Notes under the pieces: generated by a model
Seen by the model: the letters and a program-made list of their open reading frames with translations, nothing else
Told to the model about the DNA's origin: nothing
The model's database searches: none
Translations under genes and position numbers: made by a program
Origin: Selaginella moellendorffii
Taxonomy: Eukaryota > Plantae > Lycopodiophyta
NCBI RefSeq assembly: GCF_000143415.4
Contig: NW_003314310.1
Span: 471,904 to 535,903, forward strand
Reading direction: 5' to 3'
Length of the DNA: 64,000 nucleotides
Shown: positions 51,112 through 61,221 of the stretch, in pieces
Layout of the letters: each line of letters begins with the position of its first letter
Numbering within the stretch: position 1 is the first letter of the stretch

Positions 51112-51432
51112 CTAAAAATTTTTCTTCTCCTCCTTCTGCTTTGAATCTTCGTGATCCATATTGCAAATGTTGATATTGATGTTGATGCTGTTGTTGTTTT
51201 TGTTGTTCTTCCTCCCTTTCATGTGCTTAGGACGTTGATGATCATGATCATCCACCTCTGGAGGATATATTTGATCAGAATTGGAGGCTGGTGCTACTGC
51301 TGATAAATCCTGAGCAGCAACACCATTATCCTCCAGAGACAGAAGCTCTCTTTTACTCAAAGAAGAAGAAGAAGAAGATAATGTAAGAGTGGCAAAGGAA
51401 AACAATAGAAAGCACAACAAAGCAGCCTTCAT
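51112..51432 (-). CDS. Small secreted protein / peptide precursor of unknown function (106 aa)
   Basis: MKAALLCFLLFSFATLTLSS signal-peptide-like start, then KRELL; paralogous decayed copy at ~51890-52238. Confidence 0.6.
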   Translation of the reverse strand: MKAALLCFLLFSFATLTLSSSSSSLSKRELLSLEDNGVAAQDLSAVAPASNSDQIYPPEVDDHDHQRPKHMKGRKNNKNNNSINININICNMDHEDSKQKEEKKNF

Positions 51433-51579
51433 TGTTGTAGTAGTAGTGATGGATGGAGAGCTGATTCTCAATGGTTGGAGCTTGGAGGGCTTATGTATTA
51501 TGTTACAAGGTCCAGCATGCATTGTCCATGCAATCACAAATTGCACCATTAGTCCAAATCCAAGATTACAGGATAGATT

Positions 51580-51624
51580 GTCAGGATGGCCGAGCGGTCT
51601 AAGGCGGCAGACTCAAGTTCTGCT
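51580..51624 (+). pseudogene. Truncated 5' half of tRNA-Leu(CAA) made by a 143-bp-period tandem duplication
   Basis: Identical to 51723-51767; lacks the variable arm, T-arm/B-box and 3' acceptor strand. Confidence 0.9.
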
Positions 51625-51722
51625 TGTATTATGTTATGTATTATGTTACAAGGTCCAGCATGCATTGTCCATGCAATCACAAATTGCACCATTAGTCCAA
51701 ATCCAAGATTACAGGATAGATT

Positions 51723-51806
51723 GTCAGGATGGCCGAGCGGTCTAAGGCGGCAGACTCAAGTTCTGCTCCTCATGCGAGGGCGTGGGTTCAAATCCCACTT
51801 CTGACA
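51723..51806 (+). tRNA. tRNA-Leu (CAA)
   Basis: GTCAGGA/TCTGAC acceptor stem, A-box TGGCCGAGCGG, anticodon arm GCAGA-CTCAAGT-TCTGC, long variable arm, GGTTCAAATCC. Confidence 0.96.
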
Positions 51807-51889
51807 TTAAAGGAAAAAATGGATGATTGGTTAGAGACAAAAACATTCTTGAAACTTTTATTGATTTGACAAATGAGAACATAAAAGGA

Positions 51890-52238
51890 TTGAACTTTTT
51901 CTCCTCTTCCTTGCTTTGAATCTTCATGATCGATGGACTTCCTCCTCCAAACATTGTTGTTGTTATTGTTGTTGCTCCACCTGTGATTGCGAGAGCCATG
52001 GACTGGAGAACTTCCATCTTCATGAACATGAACATGATGATGATCATCCATCTCCCGAGGGTGCATTAGAGATGTGGATGCTGATTCTCCAACGGACGCG
52101 CTGATGAACTTCATGATGCTGATTCATCAACGGACCGCTGATGAGTCATAAACACCAGCACCATTTTCCAAAAGCTCCCTTCGACCCAAAGAGAGTGGCA
52201 AAAGCAAACATCAGGGACAAAACCAAAGCAGCCTTCAT
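51890..52238 (-). pseudogene. Frameshifted paralogue of the 51112-51432 secreted peptide gene
   Basis: MKAALVLSLMFAFATL, then a frameshift to RELLENG, stops, and later DHEDSKQ plus the matching GAGAAAAAG tail. Confidence 0.6.
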
Positions 52239-52425
52239 TCTTATATTTGCAAAACGAATAACACATTTCCAGCCCTGGTCAACGCTGGAGGTTTGGCATG
52301 GGTTGGCCCGTGATTCCCGTCTGGAATTTTGATCTTTGGCTCACCAAATTCCAGTTTTCCTTCCAGTTCTTGGTAGTTCTTTTCTTCCAATTGCCTCGAT
52401 TATCTTCTTTCGCGGACGCACTACG

Positions 52426-53120
52426 ATGGCGATCCTGATTCTTCTCGCGATTGCGGGGGCCCTGGCATCATCCCAGCAGCAGCAAATCCACGCGCAGCAG
52501 CTTCCCCAAGGCTGCGGTCCAAAGCTCGGAGTTCTCCTCCCTTGCCTTCCATTCTTGCAGGGCCAGGGAAGCAATCCCACGCAGCCGTGCTGCAATGGCC
52601 TGGAAACGGTCGTCAAATTGAATCCAGCGTGCCTGTGCGCGCTCGTGAATTCTCAGTTGGGTAATCGGATCAATATCACGCTCGCGCTCTCGCTTCCCAG
52701 CCTCTGTAACTTGGCCGGAGTGACCATCGATCTTTGCAACCCCACCGGTAAGTTCTCTTTCAAAATCTAAGTTCTCGATGGTTCTCTGGGGTGTTTTGTG
52801 TAGGTCCTCCTGTGGTATCGCCACCGGTTCTAGCACCTCCAACGCCACTATTGTCGCCCCCATATCCTTCGCCAGCGCCTCCAGTTGATTATACTCCGCC
52901 ACCTCCTATTCTTTCGCCATATCCTGGTGGATCAACTGGATCATCACCAACACCGCCTCTTTTAAGTCCAACTGGATCACGAACAGTCCCGCCACCCTCT
53001 TCAAACGAAGAGTCAGATTATCAGATTCCATCAACCAGCGATGGAAATCATGTGAAAATCTCTGTGAAGAGGACTTGTTGGAACTTTGCTGTGCTCTTTT
53101 CTTGCTTAAGTTTGATATGA
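52426..53120 (+). CDS. GPI-anchored non-specific lipid-transfer protein (LTPG/xylogen-like)
   Basis: Signal peptide, 8-Cys motif C..C..CC..CLC..C..C, intron ~52749-52803, Pro/Ser-rich linker, hydrophobic tail. Confidence 0.9.
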
Positions 53121-54685
53121 TAATGTATTGGTTTGCAATCACTATTTTTTTTAATTATCACTTATGTTGCCAGCAAAGTTCTCAAAACCTATTATGAGAA
53201 CTTAAGCACACAAGTTTTAGTTTTCTTATCTTTTATCCAAGGTTTAACAAGTATTAATCAGTTTACAACTTATAAAATTATAGTCTTATACAAATAACTT
53301 CATATTAAAAATATAATAAAATTTTTATTTTCTTAGAGAAAATTTTAAATATTTTGCTGCATGTTGCATGCAGCAGTGCTTGATTTTCTTAATAGTGGTG
53401 TTATTTTTGTTTAGTATTATTTATTGATCCAGTTGATCAATTGTAAGCTTATAATTATAAACATGTTTATAATTTATAAACACAACATTAAATATGATTA
53501 AATGGTAGAATGAGCTAGAATATACTAGGAAGTGTTTATGAGAATTTATAAATTATAAATACAAGATTAATCTAAATGAATAGCAATCCTTAAATGGTAG
53601 AATATCTCAAAATGTTCAAGCATATTCTAGACATATTTAACAAGAAAACCAAAATTCAAAGCACATTGTAAAAAACAATTGTTTTCTAGTTTTTATCTAT
53701 GGAAAGCGTTTCAAAATTTTGTTATTATTTGAACCAATTATGTAGAAAAATCCGTCATCCTCAACATAAAGTATTGTTGATTTACAGCTTGGACAATGAA
53801 AGTTTAAAAACCATATTTCTATATCTTTATTATTAATTTTTTAGTTTCTAACTGTAACAGGCAACCAATTCCTTTATTAGTAGTCAAACTTTCCCATAAA
53901 ACATGTTCCATTTTCCATGTGAAGACTAAATTGCAATTTTTATTGAGACTTAATGCATAATAACCATATGGAGAAATTAAAAGATTTAATTTGAGTTAAT
54001 ACGATCCTAAATCATATTTTTCACCACTCACAAGACTAGACCTGTATATCCAACAATTAAGATCTGTATTTAGATAACTTCTATGGGTATTGATCATAAT
54101 ATTATTGTTATTTTCAAATTCAGTACTAGGCCTCTTATATCTTCTAGTATTTAGAAGTTTATATTTGATACCAACAAAATTCAAAGTAGCAACTATATAA
54201 CCATAATTTCCCACACGAGCTTCTTTTAATACATCTAATAAAAGGCTATTAAGTTTTCCTAGAATTTCTTCTCCTGGTGCTCCTGTTCCTGTTAAACTCA
54301 TACTACACATGCCATGAGGCTTTTTACTATAGATCGAAATGCCAACTTCAACAACTTCGTTTGCTAAATAGAGATAATCAGTCCAAGTAAATGTGCCATA
54401 GTATTTTTGTGTTTCTACTATTTTTGTATCCATCAACTCTATTAAAGATTTTCCTATTCTGTTAATATCATCTCTATTAATATAATTGTAAAGTGAAATA
54501 GCATCCCAATTTACAACATCTGCTTCAACAACTAGATATGCTAATTTCAAAATTAACATAAGAAGAATAATAACAAACTAATAAGGAAGAAAAGTAAGGT
54601 AATAAGCAAAAAAGCTGCCTAATAAAACAATTGTCAATTAAAGTATAATGGGAAGAGAATGGTTTAGGGTTTAGGGCTTTGGAAG

Positions 54686-56132
54686 ATGATAGGTTTGGCG
54701 CGGAGGAGGAATGTGCTAGGGCGCGTGCTCCACACCGCGGCGGTGTACAGCTTTGGCGATGGCAGCAATGGCGCCCTTGGCCAGCCCCATTCCTTCACGA
54801 ACGATTCCTTTGAGCCGGCCCCAGTGCCAGACCTGCCCCCATCGATTGCGCGCGTCGCCTGTGGCCACTACCACTCCCTAGCTCTCACGCAATCCGGCGA
54901 GCTATGGGCATGGGGGAGGAACAACGAGGGGCAGCTAGGCCGCGGCGAGAAATCCATTCTAAGGTAAGCATTCTTTTGTTTGTTGGTAAAAACAAACATC
55001 TTTCTTGCGTTTTCTCGATCCAGTGCGGCTACTATCACTCCACAGCGAGTGAGGGGAATGGAATCCACCAGAGTTAGAGCGGCAGCGGGGTCTGGAGTGG
55101 TGTCCATGGCGATTTGCGAGGATGGATCGCTCTGGTCGTGGGGGTCGTCCAAGAGAGGCCAGCTTGGTCTCGGACTTGGAGTGACTAGATCGCTACTTCC
55201 ACAAAAGATCCATGCACTGGCTGGGAAAAGTGTTCTTCAGGTGCTATAGGTACCTTCTCACACATCTTTGATCTTCCTCGAGAGTAATTCTTCTTTTTCT
55301 TCTCAAAGGTGTCGCTTGGATGGGGTCACGCTCTAGCTTGCACGATGGATGGCGAGCTATTCTCGTGGGGCTACCACGACTCTGGACGTCTCGGCTATTT
55401 GCTCCCGCAAGATCAACCTTCGATGATCCAGCCTTCGAAGAATACTCTCGATCGCAACGACGTTGGAGAGAAGATGTTGATGGAGCAACTGCGTAAAGAG
55501 GACGCCCCGATCTTGCAGTGGGAACCAAAGCTCGTGGAACTTCCAGAGCCATGCAAGATCATCCAAGTTGCCTGTGGCCTCGACCACTCTCTTGCGCTCT
55601 CCGGTAAGCATTGAAATCGTTCTTCCTCGAGCCAGATCGTTTGTCTATCGTTCTTGCAGAGAGCGGTCTACTCTTTAGCTTTGGAGACAACAGCACCGAT
55701 CAACTCGGTCGCGAAATCACCGAGGATTCACCGATTATCTCCCGCGTTGGAGGCGATCTAGAAGGCAAGCAAGTAGTCGCGATTGGAGCCGGATGGGGCC
55801 ACTCGTTGGCTGTCGAGAGATGCTCGAGGGCTGCCTATACTTGGGGTTGGTCGTCTGGTTCGCAGCTGGGACGCTCTGGCCCGAGCTCGGTTCCAAAAAA
55901 GCTGGAAGAACTAGACGATCCGGTTGTCTCGGTGGCTGGAGGACGCGTCCATTCGCTGGCCTTGACGTCCAAGCACCAAGTTTGGACGTGGGGGTGTGGC
56001 CGGAATGGTCGTCTTGGCCTGGGAAGCTCGAGAGACGAGAATCTGCCTGTGTTGGTGGACAGCTTGGAAGAACACGCAGAAGTTATAGACGTTTGTTGTG
56101 GATACGATCACAGTTTACTTCTCGCTCGGTGA
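54686..56132 (+). CDS. RCC1-repeat family protein (UVR8-like beta-propeller)
   Basis: VACGHYHSLAL, WAWGRNNEGQLG, GWGHALA, VWTWGCGRNGRLG; telo-box TAGGGTTTAGGG upstream. Confidence 0.92.
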
Positions 56133-56225
56133 CACGATCTAAAGTTTGAAAAGACTTGCGATCTGAGAATAAAAGCATTAGAGTTACGAGGTTTTTGTGT
56201 CTCAAAGGAGCTTACCAAATATCTT

Positions 56226-58944
56226 TCATTTGTATGTAATGCGTGTGCAAAGACAGTTGTGCGTGTTGGCCCGAAGAAAAAAAGGTGAAGAGAGCTTTGT
56301 AGTCGTCGGGGGAGTCTTTAGCCTTGACGAAGGGATTAGAGAATGCATGGCGCAGTAGCCACACGGCGCTCCTCTCATAGCTTCAAAATCTCCGGCATCC
56401 AGCTGCCTTTCCGGTTCCTTGTACTCGTAGTCACCCACAGCTGAAAACAAGGAAACGCTCGTTCCATTGCCAAACCTTTCAACTCCAGAAAAAGAATCTT
56501 ACCCAAAGAGTACGAGGCGCTTGGCAGATTGATAACTGTAGTCTTGATCTTGGTCATAAAGTTGATGCTATTGGTCACTCCTTGCGAGCCAATTCCGCTA
56601 TCGCGAATTCCCTGGTCAGATAGAAAGAAAACTTAGGAAAAAGGACGTCCTTGCAAGTGAATTACCTGGAAGGGAAAATGATCTGGACCCCGTGCAGGAG
56701 CCGCGTTGATTTGGATAGTCCCGCTTTCCATTGCATCACTCACAAGTATCGCTTTGTTAATGTCTTTCGTGAAAACACACCCCTGCACAAATACAAGAGA
56801 AACTTCCCGTAAAGTAATTCTTCCCGTGGTTTAAAGCACAGACCTGGAGACCGTATTTGCTAGAGTTGCAGTGTTCTATGCCTTCCTCCACACTCTTGAT
56901 GCGCATGACGGGAATCACAGGACCAAAGGGCTCTTCCCAAGCGATTCTCATTTCAGTTGTCACATTATCAATGAGCAGCGGCCATATTTTGTTACCTCGC
57001 CTCTTCCACCCCTGAGAAGAGAAGAAGAACGTGAAGGTTTGCCAAAGCAGCACTGTAAAAAATACTTACCTGGCAAATCTTGGCACCGTTGTCGATCGCG
57101 TCTGCTACAAGAGACTCAATGAAGTCCGCAGATGCTTCACTAACAACGTCGACGATGTCGGTGTCAATTCTTTCTGGTGGCCCGATTTTAAGTTTCGCAA
57201 TCTGTGCATTTACTTTGGAAACCAGCGCGTCAGCTATGCCTTCCATAGCCAGAACAATTTTTACTGCAGTACAACGCTGTCCACTACAAACAGAGATCCA
57301 CGAAATTATTGGACTGACAAACAAAAACACATTCCGATAGACTCACCTGTACGAAAAACCTCCCTTGATAATGTTAGTTGCTGCAAGGTCTAAATCAGCA
57401 TCCTCGAGAACTATCATGGCATCTTTGCCCCCGAGCTCCATTTGTAAAGGTATCATTCCAGCTTTTTGTGAGATGGAAATTCCAGTCTCACAACCCCCTG
57501 TGAAACTACAGCGATGCAAAAGTCAATACTTTGCCTGCGATGCGAGAGAGTAGCTCACCTTATGCAGTTTACTAATGGATGCGTGGTCATATAATCACCC
57601 AATTCCGAGGCTTTGATCGTAACACACGAGATCAGGCCCTTTGGAAATCCTGACATATGGAAACAGTGTATCATGTGGAGCGTCGAGACAGCACCCTGTG
57701 TTGGTGGTTTGATAACCACGGCATTGCCAGCAATCAGAGCTGGTCCAATCTTGGAAACCGTAAGATTCACAGGATAGTTGAATGGAGGTATAGCAAGAAT
57801 AATTCCCAGTGGCACCTGCGCAAACCATATAATGAGAATGAAGAAAAAGAAAAGAGACGCTACCTTCGACGATAGACATAGTTTGTTCCTCTCATTTCCT
57901 GGGAACGAGTCCGAAACAAGGAACTTCCCCTGCGAGAGTATCCGGATTCCTTCTTCGGCAGTATAGGACAGCAAGTCCGCGGATCGCACAACCTGCAGTG
58001 ATCCACACACAACAAAGAAAGCACCTTAGTTAAACAAAAACGGGATGCTCAAAAGCTGGTGCTTACGTAGAAACAGTAGTGCTTGTTGGTTTCATGATAA
58101 TAATTTGGAAACCTCGGTGTAAGCATCCTTGTCTGGCTTTGCGACTTCTTTGATTAGGCACTCGGCAATCGCCTCCATGTTTTTCTTCTCCTTCATGACG
58201 CCCGCGACCTTGTGGAGCATTTCGGCACGCTTGAAAAGCGGTGTCTTGGCCCATGACTTCTGAGCTTCTTTGGCGCTGTGAAATGCTTTGTTCACCTCAC
58301 AGCGTGTACACGCTGCATGAAATTCAGATGTTAGTCTGAAAGTAGAAAAAACAATCCTAGAGCAAGCTTAAACCGCACAAACTTTTGGTTCGTAGACAAC
58401 AAAAAGATCAAACTTGACAGAAGATGGATCGAAGAAATCAAGACAAACTCTTCGAGTAATTCAAGAGAAACGAAAGAAATATCAAACAAGAAGGAATCCA
58501 ATGAAAAAACAGACAATTTCAGAAAAACAACAGCAAGAGCACAGCACGAAATTTTTGGTTCGTAGACAGCACAAAACAAGATCGAACTTGCAGACATATT
58601 GCAAAAAATGATCGATCGAATGAAATCAAGACAAACTCTTCGAGCTAAGAAAGATAATTCAAGACAAACAAAAGAAAAAATCAAACAAGAGGTAATCAAA
58701 CTTTGGATCGACGAGGAACTAGATCTAAAATCCTAAAAACAGACAATGCGGCAGGACACTTACCCGTGATCGCGAAGAAGGGCTCCCGAGAAGTCGGATT
58801 GATGACAGGCAGCGACTCCTCTGACGACGAGATTTTCCAGGCGCCATCGGCGTAGTACTTGAAGACGCCGTTGCCATCGACGATCTCGCCAAACGCATCG
58901 ATCTCCTCGTCCACGCAGCAGCGGCAGTCGCCCCCAATCGACAT
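56226..58944 (-). CDS. GAPN: Non-phosphorylating NADP-dependent glyceraldehyde-3-phosphate dehydrogenase (ALDH11); C-terminus atypical/uncertain
   Basis: AIPPFNYPVNL, KPPTQGAV, MELGGKDA, SGQRCTAVK, AWEEPFGPVIP, RGPDHFPFQG, KTTVINLP. Confidence 0.93.
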
Positions 58945-59078
58945 AGCCCTAAAATTTGAAAAAGAAAAGAGTGCTAAGACTTAACCATTATGGCTTTAGA
59001 ACTATCGACAGAGAAATTTCTTTACAGCAAAGGTTAGATCGATGGATGGGGAGAAAAGAATACAACGAATTTTTCCTA

Positions 59079-60334
59079 TCAGCTATAGTCGTCGTCGGCG
59101 AGAAACCCCTGGTATGAAGTTCCATTGAGCTCCCGGAAAACTTCCTTCCAGTTGGTTATCGACTGCGAGAGTGGCCCCCGGTGGATCTTCCATTGCCTGC
59201 TTCGCAGCCTCATCACTGGAACGCTCAAAAACTCCTGGACGGTTCGTTGCATCTCCTGGAGTTTGATCCAAGATGAAGATCGCCAAAGAAAGAAGTAGCA
59301 AGAGTTACCTTTCGGTTCTTGACAAAGTCCTCGTAGTAAATGACCAGCAAGCGGGTGCCCTCGAAAGCGCGGAGCGCGTTCTTGATCATGAGGTCGTAGC
59401 GATCCAAGTTGTTCTTCAGGAATGCGACGTCGACGGTCGGCTTGTAAGACGCGAGGAGATCGGCCTGCAAAAGCGAGAGATCGTTTCAGCAAAGCCAGGA
59501 GATCTTATTGCTCGTACCGCCTCTTCGGAGTGGACGTGTGAGACGTGAGTTCCATTCATTGGCTGCCTGCGATCGTAGGCATTGGCGAGGATGGAGATGA
59601 GACGCTTGAGTCCATTCCGGCGAATGAGAAGAATCACCGAAACGCCTCGTCTCTTGAAGTAGCTTGAAACCTCGCTGCGATACTCCATAGCACCCTGGAG
59701 ATCACACCAAGTTAGCAAGAGAGATAAACACAGCATTACTACCAGATTACCTGGTTTAGCATCCACTTAAAGCCCACCACCGACGTGCACGAGTTCTTCG
59801 AAGCGCTGTTGTGCCAGTCGAGATTGTACAGAGCGTCGAGAGTGTGCGAAACAATGGAGAAGTTGTGGCGTCGCGGACGAACGGAAAAAATCTCGCCATG
59901 CGAGGTGATGTTGGGGTGACTGTTTAGCAGAGTCTCAAACCATCCACTTCCGGATCGCTGCGTGGACAGGATGACAAAGTTGTGCACAGGAGTACAAGCG
60001 CATTCGCCCCTGGAAGGAAGGAAGAACATCACAAAACAAAGCGTTCAATCGAATCGAAGAAAGGAAAGGAAAGCAAAGCTCTACTCTACCTGGAGTATGT
60101 CTTGGGCCTGGGATAGTGCTGTGCAAACTCAAGCTTGGCGAATCGCTGGGGGCAGAAATCCTCCTTTCTCCAGGCTTGTAGAAGCGGATCAAGCCTCAGG
60201 CTATGGTAGCTCAGGCCATGGTCGGCTCGCGAAAGGAAGAGGTAGACTCCAAGCACTCCAGCAACGAAGAGGATCGCGAGCTTCCACACAAGGCTCACGC
60301 GCAGGAACGATTTGCCACCATCCTGGACAACCAT
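59079..60334 (-). CDS. NodH-like P-loop sulfotransferase family membrane protein, multi-exon
   Basis: N-terminal TM helix; FVILSTQRSGSGWFETLLNSHPNITSHGEIF, GFKWMLNQ, YYEDFV, KIHRGPLS. Confidence 0.9.
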
Positions 60335-61221
60335 AGCCAAACTAAAATTAAAGAAAGGGAGAGAAGTGAGAAATCCACCTCTAATATCATGGTCCCGCTA
60401 GAAGCACGCCTCGGCGCATCGCATCACAGCGATCGATCGGCCCTGGCGATCAAGAACTGGAGAAATCAAACCAGATGAACAATCCGGGGATCCAAGCTTG
60501 GATCGCGATGAAGCGCATCCCCAGCCGCGGCATTCCCTCCTCACGGGAGGAACATCCAAGAAACACGGCAAGAAGCAGCAGCAGCACCGCTCATTCATGG
60601 CGGCAGCCACGCATTTCTCCGCCGCCGCCGCCGCGTGATCCCTGTGATGATCGTCGATCCTCCTCGCTTTTCCTCTCTCTTGCCCTAATTCTCTTCGCGT
60701 GCTTCGTCAATCCCGCGCGTTTCTTGGCAATCTTCCCATCAAACAAACAAATCCGCCCGTTATGACACGGTCGACAAAAGATCCTCGTTTTGATCCCAAA
60801 AAAAAGTGTACGACTCTTCTCTTTCGATCGATCAACGCAAGAAGTATGATAGGATCTTTTAGATGATCTCTTTGTCTCGAGATTGTTTCTTCCAGGATCA
60901 TCACATCTCTTCGTGTAAATTCTTGTCATACTATCTTATTTCCTCTCTTTTTTTTATTCAAAACGAGGATCGTTTTCCTTGATTTAGATGATCTCTTTGT
61001 CTCGAGATAGTTCATCCACGATCATCGTGTAAATTCTTGTGACTTATGTACGATCACGTTTTGATCTAAAAAAGAGAAAATAAGACTCGCAAGATCATCT
61101 GAAAGAACTTAGTATGATCGTATAGCCACAAGAATTTACACGAAGAGATCTCATGATCCTGGAAGAAACTAAGATCTCGAGACAAAGAGATCATCCATCT
61201 AGAAGAAAACATAAAAAGTGG

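Noticed and set aside
58380-58695. 122-aa hydrophobic ORF / repeat within GAPN
   Set aside because: Lies in intron 1 and reflects a ~170-190-bp imperfect tandem duplication of T-rich intronic DNA.
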